Below, piece after piece: positions 38,801-53,800 of a DNA stretch of 64,000 nucleotides. The stretch's first letter is position 1, and each line of letters begins with the position of its first letter. The position numbers were made by a program, and so were the translations under genes. The DNA is taken from NCBI GenBank assembly GCA_051294375.1, contig CM119266.1:17044087-17108086 (forward strand), given 5' to 3'. The stretch is from Paraspadella gotoi (taxonomy: Eukaryota > Animalia > Chaetognatha). Below the pieces are notes generated by a model, which had not been told where the DNA came from, did not search any database, and saw only the letters and a program-made list of their open reading frames with translations.

Positions 38801-41800
38801 TTTTTGGATCGCGCGCCTAAATATAAGCTTTGACTTTATCTTTTCTGTCAAGATTAGGCGTGACAATATTGTTGGGCCGATACATGCCTGACATATTGCG
38901 TCAATCAATTGTGCCAAAGTGTTAATAACTCTCAAAAAATGTTATAACAATTAAGATAAAGTTTCTTCACCCAAATAACTTATTTTTAAATATTAGAATC
39001 ATTTGCCAAAAATATATAAAAGAAAAATGGGGATATTTAGTAATTTAGGCTAATTAACAATACCTTCAAATTCTGATTCTGCGAGAACATTTGCTCCGTG
39101 CTCAGGAAGACTCTCTCCGTAAAGTTTACCAGCTCTTTTTTTTTTATACTGTCGCTGACAGAAATTTCTTCTTCAAGGTAATCAAACTTGTAGGTTCCAT
39201 TCAGAATTTGTAGCCAAAACTAAAAAAAAAAAACCGTTTCACTAATTTCTAAAAATTAGTCACTTTTTTAACGCGATATCGGAGTAGACATATCATCTGA
39301 CATATCATCTATTCTTTCTACAGCAGATTTCTTGGTGGTTATAAATGGCTATGATACTAAAAACTTTTCTAAGTAAAATAAAATAACCTCATTTCCTGCT
39401 TCCCTCATCGTGGTAGCGCTGGACATCCTGGTTCCAATGATTTCCCACATATGATTTTGAAAAGTGTTCATCTTCATCGTTCGTACCCTTTCCACAAACC
39501 ACTTTAAAAAAACCTCAACTCTGCGAATGAGAAATGATATATTTAGAAATGATATATTTAAGACGTGGCAGATAAAAACCGATAAGTTAGAAGTTGGCTC
39601 CTCATCGAATGGACAAAATGGTACCAAATTGTAATCAAAACATTTATATTTTTAAGATATTGAAATAATTTAAAAAAAAAAAATTTAAATAGAAGCCTTC
39701 TCAGAGGATGTTCACATGGTTCGTCAATTAAACAAATAAAAATAAGGATTAGATAAGAAGAGTAAGATATATGAATTATGATGCTTCTTTCTATTCTTTG
39801 CTTAAGATTTTTAAATAATCAACATTCTACCTACATGAGTTTAAGCTCTTGTAACTACTAGAAATATTATTATTTTGAGCAGTGAAGGTTTAAATGTCAC
39901 TTGAACCTTGTACGAGGAATATACAAATTACATATAGTTGAATAATGAATATGTTATAATATCTCTGCATATCTAACTCGTTTACTACCACTCTTACAGC
40001 CTTTCTTCTCATTTTCCCCTCGCTCTCTTTCTCTCATTCCTTCTCCTCTGTAACCACTTTATTTCTCCATTTTTCTCCCATTAACCTTTGATTGACATGA
40101 AATGCTGAGAACTTGTGTGCTTCGTGATTGACACGAATAATAAACCCGACTGAGTTGTTTTCAATTACTTCTTCGCACGATACGTCATATCCGAGCTGTT
40201 CTTTTGACCTGAGAGGGATAACTTGTCAAACAATTAAACTTCAGTCTAATAATTAAAAAAATATTTTACCGTCGCAGAGGAATCGAGAGTCAGATTGATG
40301 GAGAACGACTGACTGACAGACAGAGAGAATGACCAATTGACAGAGAGACTAACGAAGACGGAAGGAGGGACCGACGGACAGAGACATACGAAACAATTGA
40401 CAGAGACAGATTGACTGACCAACCACAGAACGACCAACCAACTCACAGAGACGGGTCGACTTACTGAGACTGACTGACCGAGATAATAATAGCGAAATAG
40501 TACATATATATAAGATTTGTATGCATGTCGTAATGTTTGTGGTTGTAATTAATGAAATTGGTACAACCAATATAAAAATTATCCATTCATTTAATTAATA
40601 AGCTATCTTGCCCCTGACTTTGGACAGGCTTTGGTGGTTTAAGGCCTCCATCACTCTTACAAGATAATGACATAGCAGGTCCCTGCAAGCTTTCAATTAA
40701 GACTCTCTCACAGTCTCGTTTATTCACTCCCAGAGTACCTGGCTTCCCTATCAATGAAGTGGTATAATATTTCAAAGAATGTTTCAATTGTATGAAAAGA
40801 CCACTCCCTTAAGTATTAGATCGGGGAATACTTATTGTACTCCGCACTAGCATCAAAATACAAGGAGCTGAATTTTATGAAATTGGTACAACCAATATAA
40901 AAATTATCCATTCATTTAATAAATAAGCTATCTTGCCCCTGACTTTGGACAGGCTTTGGTGGTTTAAGGCCTCCATCACTCTTACAAGATAATGACATAG
41001 CAGGTCCCTGCAAGCTTTCAATTAAGACACTCTCACAGTCTCGTTTATTCACTCCCAGAGTACCTGGCTTCCCTATCAATGAAGTGGTATAATATTTCAA
41101 AGAATGTTTCAATTGTATGAAAATGTTATTGCCGTTGTGGGCATTGTTAATAGTCATTGTGGATGTGAGGATTGTGGTTGCAATCGTTGTTATGGTTGTT
41201 TGTTGCTGTGGTTATCGTGGTTGTCTTTTTTTTTTCATTTAAAAAGAAAAAAAACAAACAAAAATAACCGGATATATTTCTTATTGACGAGCGAACAACC
41301 TTAATATCCGAAAGAGTGGGTCCAACATAATATTGGAAAGCAGCTCCGCTATGATTTTTCGCCTTGTCGTCTCTTTTCCGAATTGATAGTAGTTAAGTAC
41401 CACGCCGTTAACGTCGTCAGCACGAAGGTTCTTTACGCGACAAAAGCTGCTGCCGACCGGCAGCTGCATTGCGCGCATTTGGTATGGCAGTGGGGGTTGA
41501 GACGGAGGGATAGGATGCAGCCTGGTGATACAAAAGCCACTAAACCCTTAATATACGTACACTTGTTACCAAATCGGTAGTTAAAATATTCAAAATATTA
41601 TATATAATAATATTTTACAATTAAGCGATCGATCATAAGATGATTGTTGACCATATGTTTCACAATTTTATATTATTGGTTATTCCGTTGTTGTTTAACA
41701 TGAAGAATCAGAATATTGTATTTAATATTCTATCATATATTTTAAATTAAGTTTATATTTCAATCTTTAGTAACCATTTAATAATCCGGCTATAGAGACT

Positions 41801-44800
41801 CATCAGTTGTTAACCTTATTATTTTTAACTTCTTACTTCTGAATAAACAATTTAATTTTATTAGCTGATGCTACCAGTGCCGTCGGTCTCGTAACTTATT
41901 AAAGTACCTTTCAATGATATATTGCATCATATTTAAAGCTTCTTCTGAGGAAGTGTTGCCAAAGACGAATCCCTCCACATAACAATGCGACAAGATCATT
42001 TTTGCAAAATTTGTGAAGCTTTCTAATGTCGTTTCTATTAATTTCAAAATTTAGAGATTCATAAGTGATAATCGCAATGATAGATCTGTGTAAGTTTTAA
42101 CACAAAGTTAATTCGGGTACAAATCATTATTCTGAGGCGACTTACGATCGGTCTCGATTCGCTTGTCGACTGGAGAATGCAAAGATGAATTTAAATAATA
42201 GTATTATTATATAATAGTACTATTATGATCGATCTCCACTCGGCCACGGATCAAAAATTTTAAAATAGTCCAAAAAGAATTTTTCCTGCTTTCCCGAATT
42301 AAATTTTTTTTTAAGTATAAAACTTTGGAAGGAGTTAAAGACAGGGATTTGGTTAAAGAATAGGTTAGGGATTTGGTTAAAGAATAGGTTAGGGATTTGG
42401 TTAAAGAATAGGTTAGAGATTAGGTTGAGGATTTGGTTACATATTCTTATTATTTCCCAACCCTACTCCCTAATCTTATTTCTTATTTAAGGATTTGAAT
42501 TAGGAATGAAGCTTAATAATTGTATTTAAAAAAAAATTAAACTTAAGTTGAAATTAAGTTTAGGGAACAGAAATGGGGCGCTTTTAAAAAATAGTGCGGC
42601 CATCACCTAACCCTGAAGAGTTACCCCGTCTCAGCTTTCAACCCTACCCTAACCCTAACCAGTAACCACGAACCCTAACCACTAACCAGTTCCACCGGTT
42701 CGTGACATCTCCCTCAACCATCTCTTAACGACCTTCTCCTTCAACCCTAACTGGGGCTTTCCATCTTTATCCGAGCCTCTCCTTAAATCCTAACCCTAAA
42801 CCGGGTATTTCATCCCTCGTTTTAAGGTTGAAAAAAATTATGAAAGTTCTAATTCTAAACTGACTCAATTTAAAAAAATGACGAAAATTAAAAAAATGAA
42901 GTAATTTGATAAAATATAAACAACTACTACAATCGCAACCATCAAAACAAACACCATCTTTAAAACAAGTACAGTATGGATACATATTACTCAATATAAA
43001 ATTGTTAAAATATCCTTATTGCCTACCTTTAACAATTTTCATTTCTTCCAGCGACGTTACCGATTGCGAATTCACAATGGCAGATCTCAACCCTTCAGCA
43101 AGCAATTCGGGCTCCGTTGCTGAATTGTGCAAATCTCGGCGACGCTCGATGCAGACGCTGGCGAAAACCGCTTCAGAGACTGAAAAGGACGCCAGCTAGA
43201 CAAAGGACAAAGGACCGATTTGACTTGGCTAAAATGAAAACACATAGTTATATATGAAATTTTATTTTTGTATTCCCCCAAGAATTCTGAATCATTTGCG
43301 GTTTCGGTCGCTCTTTAAGTACACCATTGGGTCTCAGTAAGGGGCAACGTCAGAGGCAGGATCTTGCAAAATAATGCTAGTAGGGTGACCCAAGGGAAGC
43401 CTTCTTTATAGCTCATACTATGATATATCATGAGTCTCGATCTATGTATTACCTCATCGACGATAGAATACCAAAGGGTTGACAACTTATGGTGAAATCC
43501 TTCTATTTCAAAAACCAGACTATTGAGTTGCGTATCTAGGTAAATAGTAATTTTACTATTTTAATAACTAATTTTTGTTTTTTGCGAGAGTGGCGCATCT
43601 TATTTCAATCAAACCGGCCCAAAGCCTAGATAGGATGAATCTGGTTATGGTAGAGGAAGCGTAGGGGGCATTGCCCAGTTCACCCTAGGGTTTTCCACGC
43701 CCCCTAAAAAGTTTATGGCTATTTTCATGGGTTAGGATGGCTTTAGCTTTGTTAAACCCAAAACATTTTTTGTTTAGGCACAGTTAACCAATAAATAAAT
43801 TATCTCCTAACTTTGGACAGGCTAAGGTGGTTTAAGGCCTCCATCACAATAACCAGATAATAACATACCAGGACCTAGTAAGCTTTCAATCAAGATTCTG
43901 TCTTGTTTATTCGCTTCCAAAGTACCTGGTATAATATTTCAAAAACAGACAAAAAGAATTTGTACAATAGATAATCGCTAAAGCAATTTACAAATTTTTA
44001 TATATATGTAGTATTTACCCGGTTTCCATTCACAAGTGACATAAAAATGCTTGCCTATTAAGCTTTATCATTCCATGAATATTTTTTTTCTCTCATCTTA
44101 TAGCAAAGAACTGGACGTTTATCATATTATTATATGATATATTATATAAAGAAACTGTATAAGTACTATAACGATGATCCATTTTTTTCTTCAGTAAAAA
44201 AAAAAAATTAAATTAATTACTCATTAATTACCTAAAATAATTGAAATTCATAAATACCATTAAATGAAGCATTAACTGGACATTAATTGGATGAATGGTA
44301 TAAAAATGAAAAAATTAAAATAATTATGGCAACAAACGGGTTGCCTGTGATGCCCATTGGGATGAAGCATCTCACTGTTAGCATTAGTGGGTTCCGACTC
44401 TCAGCGACGCCTCCTATCACTGGCGCGGTTACCCTTGGACGATTTCGCTTTGCCAATGCAGAGGGAAGTCATTAAGACTGTGGATTAGAACGTAGTGAAA
44501 GTTACATATCAAAATTCTAAATGTCAATTATAAACAACATACCATCAGTGAACATTAATTTATAAAAAAAATTAATTTTATGTTCTTCAATTTTTGCAGT
44601 AGGCTATATTTATATCTAGTCCTATCGAAACATTTTAAAATAGGCTCTTCTTAATTTTGATTGCAGATTTGAATTCCTCGTCAAAAGGTGATAAAAGAAA
44701 ATTATTTCTTTAAGTGGGTTAAAAATTAAAAAAACTATATTTAATAATAAAATTTTAATTTTCAGCTTAAAATATAGGTTTTTTTTATATTTGATCAACT

Positions 44801-47800
44801 TAATGAAAGAATTTTTAAAAAAGAGTTATATTTCTTCATATAAACTTTTCATGACGAATCTAAATCTGCAAAAAAATCTTATAAAAAACTATTTTGAAAT
44901 TTTAACATTTATTGGATTAATACTAGTATAAATATGGCCTACTGCGTGAATTTTAAAATTTATTATAACATTTTTTTATACATGAATGTTCATTAGTATA
45001 ATGTTGTTCGTTCCTCACTTTTAAAATTTTAATTAAAGTTAAATTTAGAATTTTTACTAGAACACAACGCTTGGGATGGTATGTTCCCCCTCTGAGCCAC
45101 TGGGATTAGCTGAATGATGATGTATGTGAGGCAGTGCGAATATACCGCCACAAAATAATCCAAAAATTATTATTCAAAAATTTCTTGTGGTATAAAATGT
45201 TCCTTTCAAGAACTTGCTTATAAAATGGTCTTTTTTTGCTAATTTTAAATTTTAATTTTAAAAGGAAAAAAGTACCAAAAATTCAGAGTAATTAATAAAT
45301 GAAACTTATATACAAAAAACGTCCTAAACTTCTCCAACTAATGATTCTTTATTAAATATTTGAATTATAATAAATATCTCCTTGGTTTCACTCGTGAACG
45401 GACACGTAGTATATTTTTTTGTTTTAAATAAAATATAAAAAAGTAGTTGTTTGAAAATGAAACATCCAATCATCAAAAACCTTGATATGAGAACCTATAT
45501 TTAGCTTTATATAATTATAATATTTAGTGAAGCATAGCATAAAAGGCTGGCTAGATAAAAACTGATATTGGAGAGGAGCTAACATATGTCAACATTGATA
45601 TCGCAAGTTGCGGCTTCAAAAAATTCGCTGTTCAGATGGATATGAAGGACTTCAATGAAAAGTTCCAACATGGCGGCCACGCGCGGATTCAAATGCACGT
45701 CAGGCGAGAGACAAAAATACAAGCAACTTCGAGGAAGCTGAAAACTGAAAATTAATATAATTAATATATTAAAAAATAGGCGATCCTGGAGTTGACTACG
45801 TTCTGGAGGCTTCTGGGAAAATGAGGAGGAAGAAGATATAATTTTAGTAGTGTTTATAAATAATTTTTTAAAAAACAAATTATTTTTCCGCATTGATGAA
45901 GGCTTACATTAAAGCAAAAATGTATCTTTTTTTATATTTTTAAAAAGTAGTATAGTAGTATAGTTTATAAATGCTAATAATTTTTTTTGATTCAAATATT
46001 GTTTTAAAAATTTAAATTACCATACACTTAATGATATTTAATTTTAAACTTATCCTTAACCTTAACCTTAACCCGCATTTACCCCTAACCCTAACTTACC
46101 CTTAACCCTAACTAGCTCTTACTTACCCTTAACCCGAATTTACCCTTAACCATAACTTTTCCTTAATATTAATTTACCTTTAATTTTAACTTACCTTAAC
46201 ATTACTTAACCATATCCTATTTTTAACTTTAAATTACCCTTCTTCTTAATTTACATTTAATCTTAAACTCTGTTAATTTATTAAGAAAAACCTTGCTTTT
46301 AATTTTCTTATAAGCCTCCAGAACGTATTCAACTCCAGGAATGCCAAAAAATATCCTCTGGAAAAAAAATAAAGCCGAAATTGGCAAAATAACTTAAAAA
46401 AACCAGTATAAAATATGAAAGAAACTATTTAAAAATGTGGGTTAATTTTTTACAAAAATTAAATAAAAGAGCTAAGTGAGCTGAAGACTATTATCGTAAC
46501 TTCTCGGCCCGCTTGGCAGTCATGAACTCATGGAAGGGGTCCTGAGCTTGGAACCAGGCTAGAGGGTTTACCAGGCCCTCAAAGCGGTTTACGGCTACAG
46601 TATAAGTACCAGTTTGGAATTAAACTAAATGAGCTACCGGATCACAACTGAAAGTGTCATGCTTAATTGCTTATAGGTGGGGTGAACTTATGCAATGCCC
46701 AACTACATATTAAGTTTTGTAATCTAAATTTTTAGTCGGATCTGCTTATCAGCAGATCTTGACTCTTTAATTCAATTTGTCGGTCCGTTGGTCCGCCCCC
46801 TCAATATTGTCGGGCACTCAATTATATCATGTCAGAACATCGAATTATGATAAATTATACAAAAAAAAATTATGTCCGTCCATCCGTCCCACCTTAGGAA
46901 AAAAACACCAATTACTCGTGATTGGATGGATGGATTGGAATGAAATTGATCCGACATTGTTTGCTCAAACTTGTTTCTTTATAAACTGTTATATTTTCTA
47001 TAATTTAAAGAATTAATGTTCAATTTTTTACATTTTTGTAGGACTAAGCTCTGACAAAGAAAGCCCAAGGTTTTTTTAATATATTCTTATACCGGCAAAG
47101 GTAGAATGATGGCAATATTGTTAATATTAAGTTTCAAAAAAATCCGACCATAAATATAAAAAATATTAACCAAAGTCTTCGGAAAATCCACCCCTTCTTT
47201 GGAAGATTTTCGCCATAGAAGATTTTTCCTGAATCTGACTCTCGGTTGAAAACTCTTAGAATTCCAATCGTTAGCTCCTCTTTTACTTTTACTTTAAATA
47301 AAAATTTCACCAAAATGGACTAATTCACTTTCATATGATCGTATCATATCAAAATAACCAAATAAAATGTAAAGAAAAATTTTGAGAGCCCTTCAGATAC
47401 TTTGCCAAAGGATTCCAAAATCGGACGTCATTTGTTGAACAGGAACATACCTCAGTCACGTTTATATCGTTTTCAAGGAAAAAAATCCCTTTCATTTCTA
47501 TATAAAATCAGAGATAAAAAAATTTTCTGTCCAGAAGCAGTCTATTTGTTCTGGCTTAACAAGTATTAAAAAACACTAGCTTTGCATTTTTAAATCCCAT
47601 TAATTAGCTTTACTCACCTTCCATCGATCTTCCACCATAATTTCCCGAATTTGTTCTCTTTCAGTAATTCTGGAGGAGCTCTTACATTGGTAAATTCCCC
47701 TTCCTTAAGTATAGAAAATCTTGAGGCTGAGAGAGCAATAGTGAGATAGAGTAAGAAAGAAACAAATAAAAAAATAAAACTATAAGTGTACCTTAAAGTT

Positions 47801-50800
47801 TAGACCAAGAAAAAATTTTTTTTTGATTTTATATTCATTTTGCTAAAAAATATAAGAAATGCTATGTCATTATCTTGTAAGAGTGATGGAGGCCTTAAAC
47901 CACCAAAGCCTGTCCAAAGTCAGGGGCAATATAGCTTATTTATTAAATGAATGGATAATTTTTATATTGGTTGTACCAATTTCATTGAATAATTGACAGC
48001 TTTTATCAACTTTTTGGGATTGTGAAGACGCAACGACTCGAGTAGTTTTCATCCTCGAAGATGATTCGTGAAATTAGCAATAACCAACAAATCACAAATC
48101 GCAATTTTTTTTTTAGAAATCGCAAAAAGAAGTACAAACGTTTTGAAAATTATTACATTTGAAATAATATCTCAATAAATGCTTTATGTACATTAACATT
48201 ATTTTTACGTTCTGCTTAATAAAAGATTTTGTTTGATGAAGACTAATATCCGTACTTTCTGTGCCCCATCGAAAGCAATGGAACGGGCTCTAGGCTTGGA
48301 ACCAGGTTTCAGGGCTTCACGGCCCTAAGGCAGTTTATGGCCATCCGCACACTTTCCGCAGGGTAGGTACCATTAGGGATGGGGATGAGGGTTACGGCTA
48401 AAGTAAGGTTAGGACTAGAGATTTGGGATCAGTTTAGAGTTAGGGTTACAGTCAATGATTAGGAATTAGGTTTAAGGATTGGGTTATATGTTTGGTAACA
48501 AATAGTTAAGTTTAAGTTAGGTTCATGGATTGAGTAACAGAATGGGGCGGTTTTGGAAAAGAGAGCCCAAATTGGTATCTAAAAGATATTTAAGAGCAAG
48601 ATATTTGGAAAAAATCAAGTAAAGAATAGTATGCTAGCAAAAAATAGTGTTTCTTGCGATCAGAAACAATGTTTAGTTATTAAATTTTGTTTCTAGTGAG
48701 TAAAATGCATTATTTTATATTTCACCGAGGTATTTATTTGCAGCTGGAAGATGAAACTCCTTGATCGTAGTTTTCTGTAACCATTGGGTCTTCATCTTGT
48801 CTCGCCACTCACCCAAGGAAGGGTCAACCCATGGGGTAAACATAGCGTCGTACCATCGCTCTTTTTCTGTGCATTCTGTAATAATAAATATAATAATAAT
48901 AATAATAATCTGTAATAATAAATAATTTTAACTTATCTTATAGTTTGTGTTTTTCTTTTCACTTTTTTTCACATCTACCTGGAGCAAAATTCGGTGAAAC
49001 CCACATCAAATTTACTTCACTCGGATTTAATTTTTCTAAAAAATAATATCAATTGTTAAAAACTTTTTAAACAAGAACAGGCAAGGTGAAGATATTTTAC
49101 CGCAGTGACTTTTTTTGTGTGCACATTTCCCTATAATCACATAATTACCCAAGTATGAAAAATATGCACAACAAGCAAGTTCAATCTTATTAACTAAAAT
49201 AACAAGTATTACATGAACTATGCCAAAGACTTTCTGACCGCATTTCTATGTTGCCAGGTGATTACACAAGTATGAAACATGCACAATAGAGCGTTTTCTA
49301 AAATGAAAATACACAAAAATATTTGGTAAAAAAAAAAATGCACAGATTACCCTTATAGTTATTTTGATCTATCGGTAGTCGGGCATTGCAATAAGTTCAT
49401 CTTGCTTATAAGCATGATACTTTCAGTCTTGACACAGTGTCTCACTATCTTTCAAAAGGCGTTTTAAATATTTAATATTTTGTAAGCATATTATTATAAA
49501 TATATTAAAATTTTTGTTTGGTTCCTATCAGTATAATAGTAAACTATTTTTAGTACTTAATAATTATAATAGGACTAAGCTCTGACGAACAAAGCCCAAG
49601 GTTTTTTTCATATATTCTTATACCGGCCAAGGTAGAATGATGGCAATATTGTTAATATTAAGTTTCAAAAAAATCCGACCATAAATATAGAAAATATTAA
49701 CCAAAATCTTCGGAAAATCAACCCCCTCTTTGGAAGATTTTCGCCATAGAAGATTTTTCCCGAATGTGATTCTCGGTTGAAAACTCCGATCGTTAGCTCC
49801 TCTTTTACTTTTACTTTAAATAAAAATTTCACCAAAATGGACTAATTCACTTTCCCATGATCGTATCATATCAAAATAACCAAATAAAATGTAAAAAAAA
49901 ATTTTGAAGCCCTTCAGACAGTTTGCCAAAGGATTCCAAAATTGGACATCATTTGTTGAACAGGAACATACCTTAGTCACGTTTATATCGTTTTCAAGAA
50001 AAAAAATCCCTTTCATTTCTATATAAAATCAGAGATAGAAAATTTTTCCGTCCAGAAGCAGTCTATTTGTTCTGGCTTGTTTGATATCAAGATGTTGATG
50101 ATTTGACAAGAGATCGGAATCAAGTGTTTTTACATCATATTTAACCAGAATTTTTACGAGGAGCGTTTATATTGTTTGGTAGTCAGATTTGAACGAAAAT
50201 CTCCATTGAAAAAGTCTTCCTCGATCTTTAAGAACGACGAAGACTCCTAATTATAACACTTCACATTTTAATATATTTCAAGTTAATTTTTTATTCTTGA
50301 GAGCTCCATTCAAATTCACAATGATACCACACCAGTCTACTAAGTATTTTATGAATAATGACGCATTAAATTTCTGGTCATTTGATCGTATTTTTAGGTA
50401 AGTACGTGACTGCACAAGTATTATACTTTTATACGTTAAAGGTCTAATTGTATACCTTTATACCAAATATTAAGCTTAAGCAGTTTTACCCAATTGAAAT
50501 AAAAGTGGGAACGACCGGTGGACAAACATACCAACTGACCGATCGACTAAAAAGTTATTGACTTGTTTCACGAGTACTCGTGGCGCAATAAAATCTTAAC
50601 AAGTATGGAATGGAGGGGTTTTTGAGACGAACCAAGAATTCTCCGAAGCATTTGAACATCGAAACGTCTGAGCAACTGTTTTCCACACAAAATCGAGTGC
50701 GGCGGATATCGACGAAGATTAACGCTTAACATCTCAACGTTGTCTACCGGGTCAATATCCTCCTGGAGTGTTTAAGATCATTACTAGGAGCTTTTTCATT

Positions 50801-53800
50801 CATTTCTTACTAACAGCATTTTGGTTCATATTCCTGATTTCTATAGAGATTTGCTATTTTGTCTTCTCCCACCTATTTTTCACTTGCATCGCTTTATACA
50901 AAATAGTACATTTGCTTGTTTTCAACATATTTTTCTAGAGGTACCATAAATAAGTGAAATTTATTTCTGTAACTGTTAGATCTTCCTTTGCACCTGTTTT
51001 TACACAAAATAGCAATTTCTTTTTAAATTTTTATCATTCCATATATCAATTTCTATCCTTCTAAATAATTTACAAATTTCTTAATCAACATCATTTTTTA
51101 AATGTTTTTATCTTAATTTTTTTTTTCTTACCCAATTTTTTAAAAAAAATAATGCAAGTTAAAAAAATAATACAAATTGAAAAATGATGCAAGTTTAAAA
51201 AATTATCCAAGTTAAAAAAATTATGCAAGTCGAAAAAATGATGCAAAATGTAGTATAGCAATATTAATTATATTTCTACCTTAAAAAATTAAAATTATCA
51301 TTAATTGTATTCTTATGATACGTAAGAAGCCTAGGCAGCAGAGCCTTAAAATTATTTTGTCATTTTTTTTAAACGCTTCTTTCGATTGTAACTGTATTGA
51401 ATGTCTTATAACCCATGTCCCGCTAGGGTTCAAGGTTTTCGAGCTATTTATTATTTGAGAACAGTAATATATAATAACAATAACATTTATAAAAAGCTCA
51501 AAATACTAATACTCCATAATATCAATATGTTAATAAAAATTTTGTAGCGCGCAATTAGATTATTTACAGCTTTATAATTTGCTTAAAATAAATATAAAAT
51601 TGAGCATCGTTGAATTGAAATAAATATACCTGCCACGTAAAAAGAATGTTGCTCATTTGTTTACGTTCTTCGTAAATGAGGTTGAGTTCGCTTTCCTCAG
51701 AATTTCGGAGCATATTAATATAAAAAAACAAAGCTGTTATGAGTTTATAAATAGAATTGTTTAAACATGATTGGATTTTTGTGAATCGCGTAAGTATTTT
51801 TTCCTTCCTAGCAAGATCTTTTTAGAAATCTATTCTTTGCATTCTGTTATTTTCTTATTAATCCTAAACTCCACTTAACTTCTTTTTCTTATGTGAAATC
51901 CTTTCTTTCGTTGTGTTGTAGATTATGAAAAAGTTTGAAATAGTTCAACAACGATTTTATTTTGAGACATAAACAATGGACATGGACATGTTTAATAAAC
52001 ATTGTCCATGTTGAACTATTTCAAACTTTTTCTAAACTTCTTTTTTTAAATTCTACTAATGTTCCATTGTCAAAAACGGAAAGTAAAATCCTTTGTTGAG
52101 AAAGTGATCCTATGTTTTATGCTAAAATTTGTTTTAATTACCTGTTAGAATTCCTAAGACCCGTTGCTGACCCTCATCAGTAAGTGAGAATGAAAGAGAA
52201 AACATATAACTGCCACTGCTGTCCTCAAAATTTCCACCTCCAAAGCCATACAAAATTTCCACGCACCACAATCTCGATTTTAAATAATGACCCAAACTAC
52301 CTTTAAGAAGAGATTATTCAAATTTCGGTAGAAGTTTAAATCAATTTTTTTAAATTTTGTGGTAAAGCCTAATACCACAAAGTGTGACAATATGCACGGT
52401 TTCTAGGAAAAATTTAGTATTATATTGACAGATATCACCCTTTCTCGATGAAAGAAATAACCTAAAATAGAACAAACTACAAAGTCAAAGATTTAAAATT
52501 TAACTTTTGAAAGGGTAAATTGTAAAATTAAAATAAATTATTTTTATTAAATATTGTTCATTAGTTTTACTTACGCTATTCATTTTTCTTTTTTAGAATT
52601 TTGATTCCAGATATATTTAGAATTTTCACTACGCTTTGATTTTCATACAAAAAATACAGAAACTACCTTGATTTTTTTATTCAGTCCTGCTAATGATTCA
52701 GAAATTGATTTTAATATCTCACCGTAGCCATCGTGCGTTAACAAAAAATATATAAAATCTGTTGTCTTCTCTTCCCACTGACAAAAAGGATTTTTTAATT
52801 ACGCCGCGAGTATTAACAGAGCAACTCTATAAGACACTTTGTTGTTGGTCGATCAGTATGTTTGTCTGTCCGTCAATATCCAATTTACGTTACAAATGTT
52901 TAATAAAAGGTAATGTATCAAACTTATGTAGTCACGTGATCACATGACCAAAAATTCAAGGTGGCACAATTCATGAATTATTTATTTAATTAATTAGTTA
53001 ATTATTTAGTTAGTTAATTATTTAGTTAATTCTTGATAAATTTATACGAAATTTTATATTATTGTATGTATTGTATGTGTATATTGTAAGCGACGTATAT
53101 GGTCAAGCGATTAGAAAGAAATGCGGCAAAGTTTGTATAACATTTGGTTATTTAAGTCATTGTATGTTTTTTTTTTTTCGTTGAAGTTGTGATTAAGAGG
53201 AGAGGTTTTTTTTTTAAATTAAAATTTTTTTTTTTTTATTTCAGTTAATAAATGAGCAACCAAAAAATTCTTATGTTGCATATCTTTTATACTTAGGTAG
53301 TCATGAGATTAGCGTGAAATGCATCCAGGAAAGGAAGTCACTCCGGCGCAACGCCTTGAACTTGCCGGTTCTAGTTTGTTTTTTTTTTGTAGACACAATC
53401 AATATTTTCTGAGTTAATTACATTCTGTCGCATTGAAGGAAGGCACCAGGTTACAATAAGTTGGTTAATGGTTGCAACTGGCGTTACTTTTATCGGACGA
53501 CAAAAGAGAGAATTAACATAGGGTAGCTGAAAACTATCCTTGGAGAAATCAGGCATCATCACCGTTCCATATTCTGGAATTTTGGAGAACAATTCGCACA
53601 CCTGTTATCAAAAAAAATTTAATGAAATTGTAACTTGATCTAAGAATATCTATGAATAGAGAGAGGCAGGATTTTATGCCTCTACTAGGTTAAAATAATC
53701 TGTAAAAAATTAATTCGGGGCCCAAAAAGTTTTTTTTGAGGGTAAACCTTATTTAAATTAATTTAAAGCTTGCAGGGTAAGGCGTAATTATGGTTGCCTA

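Noticed and set aside
52160-52185. Minus-strand CTGATGAG
   Set aside because: It is the coding sequence LTDEG of the peptidase; no stem II or GAAA.
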